The notes beneath the pieces are model-generated. The model did not search any database, had not been told where the DNA came from, and worked only from the letters and a program-made list of their open reading frames with translations. 64,000 nt of DNA, from contig DIYO01000007.1 of assembly GCA_002427755.1 (NCBI GenBank), positions 6,633-70,632 of the forward strand, given 5' to 3'. Shown here one piece after another: positions 19,965 to 29,330 of the stretch. This DNA is from Roseivirga sp. UBA6052 (GTDB lineage Bacteria > Bacteroidota > Bacteroidia > Cytophagales > Cyclobacteriaceae). Numbering within the stretch: position 1 is the stretch's first letter; each line of letters begins with the position of its first letter. The translations under genes were made by a program, and so were the position numbers.

Positions 19965-21485
19965 TTGCGAAGCAAAATATATCTCACCTTACTCCTCTTC
20001 ATTCAAATAACTGCATTTGGTCAAGACGAGGGCTTCAATTTAATTTTTCCTTTACCAGAAAACACACTGATTAGTCTAGGAGAAGGCAGTCTGAACAATA
20101 AATCAGGTACCTGGATTGCATACAACGAGGATAGCACGTACTACCAAGTAGGTAAATATGCAGACAATAGAAAGGAAGGTCTTTGGCGTGTTTACATAGA
20201 CAGACAAGAACGTGCGAGACTCACCTATTCTTCGGATACATTACAGGGTAAGTATCTACTATTCTACCCTAATAAAGAAATGGCTGTCCTTACTTATTAT
20301 AACAAAGGTGTTCTAGAAGGAAGCTGGGAAAGCTTTACGCCAAACGGAAGGAAATATGATTTTGGAACCTTCAAAAATGGAAAGAAGGAATCGACATGGA
20401 CGACATTTCATGCAAATAGTGTGGTCTCTCAAGTAGCTAATTATGAGAATGGTGAATTAAGTGGTGAATTCAAAACATTCGATTCTTACGGAGACAAAGA
20501 AATAGACACTAATTACGAGAATGGACTTCTGAATGGTACATGGATAAAAACAGATTTTGAAGGAAGCATACTAGAAAATGGTGAGTTTGTGCGAGGAAAA
20601 AGAAATGGTGAATGGACATACTATTTCGAAGGTGGAAGAAAATCAGCAGAAGAGTATTATCAGCAAGGGGTTAAAAATGGTTTATGGAAAGAATATCATT
20701 ATAACGGCCGAATAGCAAGCGAAACTCAATACGTTAAGGATAAGATTGTAGGTACTGCAAAAACCTATCACCCCAACCGAAAAGTTGAATCGGTTACACA
20801 CTACAGACTTGGTGTTCCTGATAGCACATATGTAGAGTATTATGAAAATGGCTTACCCAGTATAGAAGGCACTTATCAACTAGGCCTCAAAGTGGGCCCT
20901 TGGAAATTCTACCATGAAAATGGCTTGATTTCAGAATTCGGTCAATATGAGATAAACCTTAAAACAGGCAATTGGAAGTTTTTCTCTGAATCCGGTCAAT
21001 TAAGGAGCGAAGGGCAATATCAAAAAGATAAGGAAACGGGCCAATGGTTCAACTACTATGAAAATGGTAAGCTGGAGTCAATAGGCAACTACACCAAAGG
21101 AGAGAAAGATGGCCTGTGGGGTTATTTCCATAAAAAGGGAGAACTCATGAAAGAGGAAACATGGAGTCAAGGTAGACTAATGGAAATTTCAGATTTCAAA
21201 ACAGACAGGGTTCGAAGTCTTTCCTCAGGAAGTCTATCCAAGGGTAATGGAATGGTTACCAACTACTTCCCTGATGGTACCAGATTCTCTGAAGGAGACT
21301 ATAAGAACGGGATGCCTTCTGGAGAATGGAAGTTTTATGATGAAAGAGGAAGACTATTGACTATGGGTACTCTTGTAGAAGGTGTGAAACAAGGTAGTTG
21401 GAAAATCTATTCATCCACTAGAAGAATAATTAAGACGGAAGTTTATGACAATGGTGTTTTGATTCAAGAGTCTACAAACAATTAA
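19965..21485 (+). CDS. Exported MORN-variant repeat protein
   Basis: Signal peptide, then many G.W..Y.ENG.L..EG.Y repeats of about 24 aa; TTG start. Confidence 0.85.
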   Translation: MRSKIYLTLLLFIQITAFGQDEGFNLIFPLPENTLISLGEGSLNNKSGTWIAYNEDSTYYQVGKYADNRKEGLWRVYIDRQERARLTYSSDTLQGKYLLFYPNKEMAVLTYYNKGVLEGSWESFTPNGRKYDFGTFKNGKKESTWTTFHANSVVSQVANYENGELSGEFKTFDSYGDKEIDTNYENGLLNGTWIKTDFEGSILENGEFVRGKRNGEWTYYFEGGRKSAEEYYQQGVKNGLWKEYHYNGRIASETQYVKDKIVGTAKTYHPNRKVESVTHYRLGVPDSTYVEYYENGLPSIEGTYQLGLKVGPWKFYHENGLISEFGQYEINLKTGNWKFFSESGQLRSEGQYQKDKETGQWFNYYENGKLESIGNYTKGEKDGLWGYFHKKGELMKEETWSQGRLMEISDFKTDRVRSLSSGSLSKGNGMVTNYFPDGTRFSEGDYKNGMPSGEWKFYDERGRLLTMGTLVEGVKQGSWKIYSSTRRIIKTEVYDNGVLIQESTNN

Positions 21486-21519
21486 GATGAGCCTTTAGTT
21501 GAATGTGAAATTTGTAGTA

Positions 21520-21681
21520 ATGGGATTATTCAGAAGAAAATCAGAGAAAGAAAAACTAGAGGCTAAATACCAAAAAATGATTGCTGAAGCTTATAAACTA
21601 TCTCATACCGATAGAAAAGCTAGTGATTTGCTTACTGCAGAAGCAGACGAACTACTCAAGAAAATTGAGACAATGGACTAA
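21520..21681 (+). CDS. Lacal_2735-like small protein
   Basis: MGLFRRKSEKEKLEAKYQKMIAEAYKLSHTDRKASD...AEAD. ATG 21520 preferred. Confidence 0.75.
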   Translation: MGLFRRKSEKEKLEAKYQKMIAEAYKLSHTDRKASDLLTAEADELLKKIETMD

Positions 21682-22556
21682 AGTCCTTTAATCTCCTTAA
21701 GCATTCTTAGAATCTCAGCTTTTATCAACTCTTCCTCATTCCAAGGCAAGAAGTGATTTTGATTATCCAAGAATATGATACGTTTAGGCGCATTGACCAA
21801 CATGCTATCAGCAAAAGGAGCATTACCCGGATGAACTAAGTCATCTTTACCTCCTTGTATTACCGTACTTGGTATCTCAATTCCTTCCCAGAGTGGCAAC
21901 ATCAGTTCTAATTCTTCATCAAGAAATATCAATTCTTCATTTGAAATTCTAAATATTTTGGGCGCTAAGAATCCTATAATTGGCCATCTCATAGGCACTC
22001 TAAACCAATCTTCTTCCGGCTCTAATTCAGGATCGAGAGCTGGAGCGAGCATTATAATTCCATCAATGAGTTCAGGATAATCCATGGCCATTCTAGCCAC
22101 AATTGGCCCGCCTAAAGAATGTCCTATTAGAATTCTAGGAGATGGAATCGCTTCAATCATAGGCTTCATCAACATCGATTGCTCTTCCAGCGATTTTATA
22201 GGCTTCCCATAACTCGATTTACCAAACCCAGGTCTATCTGGAGCAACTATATTCGCTACGTTATAGAGCGTATCATAGTCAAAGTATCCAGCAAAAGCAC
22301 TCCACGAACCCGGTGTACCATGTATAAAAACCAGACTAGCATCTTGGTTCATATCTTGATACATATAGTGCATTTCATACCCATCAACATCGTAAGTTTT
22401 GCTCACGGGTTTATGAGGGCGGTTTTCATAGAACTCTTCAAATTTCTTATCAGACATTGAAAAGCTGAAACAACCGCTCACGACTTGTGAAAGGATTATG
22501 ATAAAGAGTATTGAACCCAAACAACCGAACCGAATACGCTTTTTCCAATTAGACAT
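21678..22556 (-). CDS. Alpha/beta hydrolase, N-terminally anchored
   Basis: FIHGTPGS, DRPGFG, GHSLG nucleophile elbow, QGGKD, NHF. Confidence 0.9.
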   Translation of the reverse strand: MSNWKKRIRFGCLGSILFIIILSQVVSGCFSFSMSDKKFEEFYENRPHKPVSKTYDVDGYEMHYMYQDMNQDASLVFIHGTPGSWSAFAGYFDYDTLYNVANIVAPDRPGFGKSSYGKPIKSLEEQSMLMKPMIEAIPSPRILIGHSLGGPIVARMAMDYPELIDGIIMLAPALDPELEPEEDWFRVPMRWPIIGFLAPKIFRISNEELIFLDEELELMLPLWEGIEIPSTVIQGGKDDLVHPGNAPFADSMLVNAPKRIIFLDNQNHFLPWNEEELIKAEILRMLKEIKGL

Positions 22557-22573
22557 TATTGGAATTTACGCAT

Positions 22574-22600
22574 AAAAAAACCACTCAGATGTCTGAGTGG
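22574..22600 (-). terminator. Terminator of glnA
   Basis: CCACTCAG-ATGT-CTGAGTGG with an A7 run on its left. Confidence 0.8.
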
Positions 22601-22626
22601 CTTCATTTTTGGAAAATCTTTGATTC

Positions 22627-24789
22627 TTATCTTAAGAATAGCATTTCTCTATATTTCAATAGAGGCCAGTCTTCATCATCGATCAAGATCTCAAGTCTAT
22701 CAACTGCATCTCTGATCTCATCAAAGTACTTGGCTTTCATTCTATCACAATATGCAATGGCTTTATCTCTTGAGTCTTCAATATCATTGATTTGAGCTCT
22801 CTCAGCATTCATCTCTGAAATCTTAGTCTGAATGGTATTTACGCAATCATTCACTTTAACCAACATCTCAGTCGCATGAGAATTATCAACACCAAATTCC
22901 TTCAGACCTCTTGCGTTATCCATTAGTTTATTCTGGAACTTCAAAGCAGCTGGAACTACTTGTGTTCTACCAATCTCACTAATCAGTCTTGCCTCAATCT
23001 GAAGTTTCATGATATAATTTTCGTGCTGAATTTCATTTCTAGCTTCTAATTCAACAGCACTCATAACGCCAAACTCTTCAAAAATCGCCTTAGACTCATC
23101 AGATACATAAGCATCAAGAGCTCTTGCTGTATCTTTTACGTTAGGCAAACCTCTTTTCTCAGCTTCATCGGCCCACTCTTGTGAATAACCATCTCCTTCA
23201 AAGCGAACAGCTTTAGAATCTTTAATGTAATCTCTCAAGACATTAACAATAGCAATTTTCTTGTCTTCACCGCTATCTACTCTGTCGGTTACAACTTTGT
23301 AGAATTCTTTCAATTGCTTGGCAACAATTAGGTTCAATACAGTCATTGGCTCAGCAACGTTTTGGTCTGAACCTACTGCTCTGAACTCGAACTTGTTTCC
23401 AGTAAATGCGAATGGAGATGTTCTGTTTCTATCTGTATTATCTAATATGATTTGAGGAATCTTGTCGATACCCAATTTCATATACATGTTATCACCTTTG
23501 TCTACTTTAATGTTACCATTATTCTCAAGCTCATCTAGCACTGCTGTTAAGTCAGAACCCAAGAAAACAGACATGATAGCCGGAGGTGCTTCATTTGCCC
23601 CTAATCGGTGATCGTTTCCTGCTGATGCAATTGAGGCTCTTAAAAGACCAGAATTATCATGTATAGCTTTTATAGTGTTAACTAAATATGTCAAGAACTG
23701 AAGATTCTCTCTTGCACTTGAACTTGGTTGGAATACATTAACTCCAGTTGAAGTAATAAGAGACCAGTTATTGTGTTTACCGCTTCCATTCAATCCTGCA
23801 AAAGGCTTCTCATGGAATAACACCTTTAACGAATGTCTTTCAGCAACACGATCCATCACATCCATCATTAATGAATTGTGGTCTGTTGCTACGTTGATAT
23901 CTTCGAAAATTGGTGCTACCTCAAATTGCGCAGGAGCCACTTCATTGTGACGCGTAGAAACGGGAATACCTAACTTCAAACATTCGATTTCGAAGTCTTT
24001 CATATAGTTGTAAACCCTACTCGGAATTGAACCGAAGTAATGATCATCTAATTGCTGACCTCTAGCAGGATGATGACCGAAAACAGTTCTACCCGCCATC
24101 ACTAAATCTGGTCTGGCATTAAATAATGCTCTGTCAACCACAAAGTACTCTTGTTCACAACCTAAAGAAGCACTTACACGGTTTACATTTCTGTCGAAAA
24201 GCTGGCATACTTTGGTAGCAGCTTTGTCTACAGCCTCAACCGCTTTTAATAAAGGTGCCTTATAATCTAAGGCCTCACCTGTGTAAGACACGAAAATCGT
24301 TGGAATACAAAGCGTTCTGCCCCAAATGAATATCGGAGAACTTGGATCCCATGCTGTATAACCTCTAGCCTCAAAAGTAGAACGAATACCTCCATTAGGG
24401 AAAGAAGACGCATCAGGCTCTTGTTGTATTAATGCCGAACCTTTAAATACCTCAAGTCCTTTGTGCGCATCATAAAATGCATCATGCTTTTCAGCAGTTG
24501 AGCCGGTTAACGGCTGGAACCAGTGTGTGTAGTGGGTAGTACCTTTAGAAATAGCCCATGTTTTTACTGCAGCTGCAATTTCATCAGCAGTTTCTACGTC
24601 TATTTTTTTACCCTTTTTAATAGCATACTCAACCTTCTTGAAGGTATCTGGAGCTAGCGTAGAACGCATTTTCTCCATTGTGAAGACTTCCTCTGCAAAG
24701 AAATCAGAGATCTTGTCTGCCGGTGCGTAAACTCGGTCTGTAGTTCTATTTTGAACTACATTTAGAGCACGTTGACGTTGGTTCGACAT
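22627..24789 (-). CDS. glnA: Glutamine synthetase type III
   Basis: 720 aa; THYTHWFQPLT, QEPDASSFP, RHNEVAPAQFE, HEKPFAGLNGSGKHNNWS, DRNRTSPFAF. Confidence 0.96.
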   Translation of the reverse strand: MSNQRQRALNVVQNRTTDRVYAPADKISDFFAEEVFTMEKMRSTLAPDTFKKVEYAIKKGKKIDVETADEIAAAVKTWAISKGTTHYTHWFQPLTGSTAEKHDAFYDAHKGLEVFKGSALIQQEPDASSFPNGGIRSTFEARGYTAWDPSSPIFIWGRTLCIPTIFVSYTGEALDYKAPLLKAVEAVDKAATKVCQLFDRNVNRVSASLGCEQEYFVVDRALFNARPDLVMAGRTVFGHHPARGQQLDDHYFGSIPSRVYNYMKDFEIECLKLGIPVSTRHNEVAPAQFEVAPIFEDINVATDHNSLMMDVMDRVAERHSLKVLFHEKPFAGLNGSGKHNNWSLITSTGVNVFQPSSSARENLQFLTYLVNTIKAIHDNSGLLRASIASAGNDHRLGANEAPPAIMSVFLGSDLTAVLDELENNGNIKVDKGDNMYMKLGIDKIPQIILDNTDRNRTSPFAFTGNKFEFRAVGSDQNVAEPMTVLNLIVAKQLKEFYKVVTDRVDSGEDKKIAIVNVLRDYIKDSKAVRFEGDGYSQEWADEAEKRGLPNVKDTARALDAYVSDESKAIFEEFGVMSAVELEARNEIQHENYIMKLQIEARLISEIGRTQVVPAALKFQNKLMDNARGLKEFGVDNSHATEMLVKVNDCVNTIQTKISEMNAERAQINDIEDSRDKAIAYCDRMKAKYFDEIRDAVDRLEILIDDEDWPLLKYREMLFLR

Positions 24790-24819
24790 AATTTGTGATA
24801 ATTAGGTTTAAATTTTGAC

Positions 24820-24827
24820 CAAAAGTA
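24820..24827 (-). promoter_or_regulatory. Bacteroidota housekeeping -7 box (TACTTTTG) for glnA
   Basis: Matches TAnnTTTG about 30 nt upstream of the start. Similar boxes at 1212 (dnaB), 12370 (ArnT-like), 16497 (pdhC) and 25002 (mtaB, plus strand). Confidence 0.6.
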
Positions 24828-25024
24828 CAACAATTACGTAATTCTCCATCAAATCAAGCTAAAATTAATTGCAAAAACGGTTGCATTACGTTTTTACACC
24901 TAAAAACACATTGTTTTAGCAATGAAATCAATGATTTCTACAAAAAACACCTGATTAAGCTTGAGTTTATATCCAGACTTCTCTTTAGATAAAGAATTTT
25001 ATACCTTTGCAGGCCTTTAAAGAA

Positions 25025-26344
25025 ATGAGAAAAGTAGCCTTTTATACACTCGGTTGTAAACTGAATTTTTCAGAGACCTCAACTATTGCTAGGGGTTTTC
25101 AAGATAAAGGCTATGCGAAGGTTAACTTCACAGATGAACCTGACATCTTTATCATAAATACATGCAGCGTTACTGAAAACGCTGATAAGAAGTGTAAAAA
25201 GATTGTCAAAGAGGCAAACAAGATTAATCCTAACGGATATGTCGCCATTATTGGGTGCTACGCACAACTGAAACCCAAAGAAATTTCTGAAATACCTGGG
25301 GTTGATGCTGTTCTTGGAGCGGCAGAGAAATTTAGACTCCATGAACTACTTGATGGCTTTGTAAAACCAGAGCAGACACAAGTGATTGCTTCTGAGATTC
25401 AGGAAGCCAAAGCATTCAATAATGCTTATTCTATTAATGATAGAACGAGAACTTTTCTCAAAGTACAAGATGGATGTAATTACCATTGTGCATTCTGTAC
25501 AATTCCACTAGCAAGAGGAAAGAGCCGTAGTGACACCATAGAAAACATCTTAAAATCAGCCCATGAAATAGCCGCTACTGATGTAAAAGAGGTAGTACTA
25601 ACTGGAGTTAACATTGGCGATTTTGGAATTCAAGAAGGTAAAAGAAAAGAGCGATTTGTTGATTTAGTAAAAGCGCTTGATGAAGTTGAAGGGATAGAAA
25701 GGCTGAGGATTTCTTCTATTGAACCTAATTTGTTAACAAACGAGATTATCGAGTTCGTTAGCCAATCCAAAAGATTTGTACCACACTTCCACATTCCATT
25801 ACAATCGGGCAATAACAAAACGTTGCGCAAGATGCGAAGGAGATACCTTCGCGAACTTTACGAAGAGCGCGTTGCCAAAATTAGACAGCTGATGCCTAAT
25901 TGCTGTATTGGAGTAGATGTTATTGTAGGCTTCCCAGGTGAAACAGAAGAAAATTTCTTAGATACCTATAACTTCTTAAACGAGCTGGACATCTCTTACT
26001 TACATGTTTTCACTTATTCTGAGAGAGCCAATACAGCTGCTACTGAAATGGAAAATCCCGTACCTTTAAAGGTTAGACAGCAACGTTCCAAAATGCTACG
26101 CATACTTTCTGATAAAAAACGAAGAGCGTTCTACGAGTCACAAATTGACACAACCCATACAGTGCTTTTCGAGGATGATGTTGAAGAGGGCATGATGCAT
26201 GGATTTACTGAGAACTACGTGCGCGTAACGGCCAAATACGATCCTTTATTGATAAACGAATTAAAGACCGTTACACTCACACAAATTAATGAGAAAGGAA
26301 CTGTTGAGGTAACAGAACCCGAGTTGATCTACGAAGAACACTAG
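25025..26344 (+). CDS. mtaB: tRNA t6A methylthiotransferase MtaB
   Basis: TLGCKLN, INTCSVT, radical SAM CNYHCAFC, ISSIEP, GFPGET. ATG 25025. Confidence 0.95.
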   Translation: MRKVAFYTLGCKLNFSETSTIARGFQDKGYAKVNFTDEPDIFIINTCSVTENADKKCKKIVKEANKINPNGYVAIIGCYAQLKPKEISEIPGVDAVLGAAEKFRLHELLDGFVKPEQTQVIASEIQEAKAFNNAYSINDRTRTFLKVQDGCNYHCAFCTIPLARGKSRSDTIENILKSAHEIAATDVKEVVLTGVNIGDFGIQEGKRKERFVDLVKALDEVEGIERLRISSIEPNLLTNEIIEFVSQSKRFVPHFHIPLQSGNNKTLRKMRRRYLRELYEERVAKIRQLMPNCCIGVDVIVGFPGETEENFLDTYNFLNELDISYLHVFTYSERANTAATEMENPVPLKVRQQRSKMLRILSDKKRRAFYESQIDTTHTVLFEDDVEEGMMHGFTENYVRVTAKYDPLLINELKTVTLTQINEKGTVEVTEPELIYEEH

Positions 26345-26358
26345 TTCTTCCTTCACAA

Positions 26359-27474
26359 CTATTCTTGATCATAAAGCAGCTCAATACCTTCTAGATTTTC
26401 AAAGGCGGCCATTACCCCCCATCCTCCAAAATTCTCTGAGACTACTATCCATAACTCGTTTTTTCCTTTTTCTAAATGCAAGAACACACTATCGAACAAA
26501 CCCATTGTACCTAAGAAGCGATAATCTCTTGATCTAAAACCATCTTCTCCTCCGGCTATGATTTTATCATTGAGATAGACTAATGCCCTATCGCTAAAAC
26601 CATATTTTAACTTCTTTACTTGATCCTTATCTGATTCAATGATCAATCTTGCAATCAAGGTATTCTGATCTTCAATCTGTCCTGCTCTTCTATTTAAATT
26701 GGCAAACCCTCTTGACTCTACAGAAATCTTCTTCCACTCAAGTTCCTTTTTAAATGCATTTGTCACTTTATACAAGGTCTGAAAATCAGACTCCTTCTTT
26801 AGGTCTGATACTTGCCAGGACTTTACATATTCGGCAGGCAACGGATTCGTGACTTTGGATTTACTAACTAACTTAGGTTCAGTTGCTTTAGTAATTTTCA
26901 AATTTGAGTAACGTGCTCCAACAGGGCCACCACCCGACAACTGAATTGAACCAGAAACCACCTCTTCTTTTAAGTGAGGCATATAAAGCACTGGGGCATT
27001 CATATCGTTAATGAAAACTTCTGCTTCATTTTCAGCAATCACAATCTTTACATGATTCCAATCATTCATGCTATACACTTTAGTGGTTGAGTACCCCTCT
27101 CCTACATACAGCTGCCATCCGGCATAGCCGTTATATACCGGTGTGTACTGCATGGCATCTGGATTGCCAGACTGATGAGGCCTAATGTAGAACTCTTCAA
27201 AGTTGTTTTGATCTTTCATTCTAAACCTCATACCAGGAAACCCCCGATCTGGGGTGATGTAAACATCGTATTCAATGATACCCCTTTTAAAATCTAATGG
27301 GACCTTTGGACTTGCTATGCCATTGAAAATGTGAAGGGTTTGCCGACCTTTTAGCGTATAGAAAGCATGATTTTCAGCTTCTATATTCCAATTTGCCTCG
27401 GTAAAGGCAAGCGATTGTGCTGATACATTTCTTACTGTGACCAACACAAATAATAGATAAATGTAAGTTTTCAT
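26359..27474 (-). CDS. Secreted beta-jelly-roll protein (DUF1080/LamG-like plus a second beta domain)
   Basis: Signal peptide; YIRPHQSGNPDAMQYTP, DWNHVKIVI...AEVFIND, SGSIQL. ATG 27474 preferred. Confidence 0.7.
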   Translation of the reverse strand: MKTYIYLLFVLVTVRNVSAQSLAFTEANWNIEAENHAFYTLKGRQTLHIFNGIASPKVPLDFKRGIIEYDVYITPDRGFPGMRFRMKDQNNFEEFYIRPHQSGNPDAMQYTPVYNGYAGWQLYVGEGYSTTKVYSMNDWNHVKIVIAENEAEVFINDMNAPVLYMPHLKEEVVSGSIQLSGGGPVGARYSNLKITKATEPKLVSKSKVTNPLPAEYVKSWQVSDLKKESDFQTLYKVTNAFKKELEWKKISVESRGFANLNRRAGQIEDQNTLIARLIIESDKDQVKKLKYGFSDRALVYLNDKIIAGGEDGFRSRDYRFLGTMGLFDSVFLHLEKGKNELWIVVSENFGGWGVMAAFENLEGIELLYDQE

Positions 27475-27520
27475 TCTATTGAGTTTTCCTCTAATCACGT
27501 AAAATGAAACTTAGAAGCTG

Positions 27521-27575
27521 ATTCAGATCTATTCAAGTTCATTCATTCTCATTCATCTCAGTTCAAATCGATTCA
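27521..27575. repeat. Six ATTCA units at exact 10-bp phase
   Basis: ATTCA at 27521, 27531, 27541, 27551 and 27571; GTTCA at 27561. Confidence 0.9.
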
Positions 27576-27593
27576 ATCACGTATCTTTCATAT

Positions 27594-28862
27594 ATGAATG
27601 AGGACTTGATCTCTCTGTGCTTAAAAGAGATAGAAGAAAAACTGAGTTGGGTTTCTAGTGAAGATTGGCAAAACCAGGACTTCGAACTCTTGAGTGACTC
27701 TATCTTTGAAAAGAGTCAGGTTCGATTAAGTGTAACTACTTTAAAGCGTGTATGGGGAAAGGTCAATCATAAAGGTGCGCCAAGTGTTACCACCTTAAAT
27801 GCCCTTGCTCAATTTCTAGATTATCAGAATTGGAGTGACTACCGAAATCAGAATACTAATGATAAGTCCCCAAAAACTGTACAGTCAAAGCACTTTCCTT
27901 CAAAGTACTTGGTGAGTGTTGGCGGCCTAATGATTTTGTTCATGATCATCTTTGGCATTGCTCAACTGAACTCAGCTGGTAGTACCTCATCTCTAGACCT
28001 TCAAAGCATAACATTCAGTGCTCAACCCGTTACTAAAGGCTTACCCAACTCCGTATTGTTCGAATATTCTTATGGAAGTAATGAGATAAGTGAAGCTCAA
28101 ATACAGCAGTCTTGGAATTCTAGATTAACATTTGACATTGACCCTACTAAAAACCAAGCAACAGCATTTTATTATTATCCAGGGTATTTTCAAGCTAAAC
28201 TATTAGCAGATGGAGAGATAGTGAAAGAACAGGGTCTAAAAGTACCCACCAATGGTTGGATGGGTACTATTGACCAAGATACCCGGCCCAGATACCTCTA
28301 TGATGACGAATTGGTTAAGAACAATAGTCTATCTATTACAGATAAGCTCCTTAATGAGATCAAAGCTAAAGACAATGAAGAAGCTAGTTTATTGACTTAC
28401 CACTACTTTGACGAACTACCTGAGATCTATAGCAATGATTTTACTTTCGAGACTAGGTTTTTAAATAACTATAATAAGAGTAATGGTATTTGTAAAAGAG
28501 TTGAATTACTCGTGCATGGAGAAACTGGCGTTTATCTTATTCCATTTTCTATAGCCGGCTGTTCAAGTGAACTTGATTTGATCAATTCAGGTGATCAAGT
28601 CTATGGCAAGGAGAATGACCTGTCAATGTTTGGACTCAATACGGGAGAATGGATCAATTTCAAATTAGAGGTTGAAAATGGTTTGGCGCGATATTTTGTC
28701 AACAATACACAAGTATTCCAAAAGGAATTAGTCTATAACATTGGCCAATTAGTTGGTTTTAAAGTTCGATTCGAAGGATCGGGTAAACTGGACCACATTA
28801 AATTGAATAATGATATGGGGGCTACATTTTGGGAAGACTTCAATGATCCCTCCATCCACTAA
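27594..28862 (+). CDS. Putative membrane-anchored one-component regulator (HTH-like - TM - PKD/Ig-like - jelly-roll)
   Basis: N-terminal LSVTTLKRVWG...TTLNALAQFLDY helical domain, one TM (YLVSVGGLMILFMIIFGIA), YYYPGYFQAKL, C-terminal beta-rich domain. Confidence 0.65.
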   Translation: MNEDLISLCLKEIEEKLSWVSSEDWQNQDFELLSDSIFEKSQVRLSVTTLKRVWGKVNHKGAPSVTTLNALAQFLDYQNWSDYRNQNTNDKSPKTVQSKHFPSKYLVSVGGLMILFMIIFGIAQLNSAGSTSSLDLQSITFSAQPVTKGLPNSVLFEYSYGSNEISEAQIQQSWNSRLTFDIDPTKNQATAFYYYPGYFQAKLLADGEIVKEQGLKVPTNGWMGTIDQDTRPRYLYDDELVKNNSLSITDKLLNEIKAKDNEEASLLTYHYFDELPEIYSNDFTFETRFLNNYNKSNGICKRVELLVHGETGVYLIPFSIAGCSSELDLINSGDQVYGKENDLSMFGLNTGEWINFKLEVENGLARYFVNNTQVFQKELVYNIGQLVGFKVRFEGSGKLDHIKLNNDMGATFWEDFNDPSIH

Positions 28863-28927
28863 ACCATTTTACCGACCTCTTACCTTCCGAGTCACATATC
28901 ATTTTCATGAGTAGCGTTTAAGCTACT

Positions 28928-29206
28928 ATGTCAAGTGCAGGTCACATTTTGGATTCGATAAATAGAATGAATTCAAACCGTTCTTTGAGAACTAAAAGAC
29001 CATACTTTGATGTTATAACTTCGAAAAGAATAAAGCCGAAATATCCAACCCAGTTAAAGGTCTACTCTTATGTGAAAGCATCACCTGATTACAGAAGGGA
29101 GCTACAAGCTAAAATGAGTAGAGCGAGGAGGATTGAGGACTTGAAAAAAGTAGTGATTTTTAGTATTTCGATGTTAATAGTATTGCTAAGCCTACTTGTT
29201 ATTTAA
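28928..29206 (+). CDS. Small basic tail-anchored membrane protein
   Basis: 92 aa, Lys/Arg-rich, single C-terminal hydrophobic helix. Confidence 0.7.
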   Translation: MSSAGHILDSINRMNSNRSLRTKRPYFDVITSKRIKPKYPTQLKVYSYVKASPDYRRELQAKMSRARRIEDLKKVVIFSISMLIVLLSLLVI

Positions 29207-29330
29207 GCCCAAAAACGTTCAAAAATTAAAAATAATTAAGATTAATAGTATTACTATTATTTATGAAACTTTTACTTTCTTTTTCCCGTTAAGCATAGTG
29301 AAAGTTTTAAACAATTAGGAGGTAAAAATT

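Noticed and set aside
19965-21485. MORN-repeat protein as a YwqK-type antitoxin
   Set aside because: No adjacent toxin; it has a signal peptide and only generic repeats.
27521-27575. ATTCA array as CRISPR or coding repeat
   Set aside because: Units are 5 bp with 5-bp spacers, there are no cas genes, and the region is intergenic.
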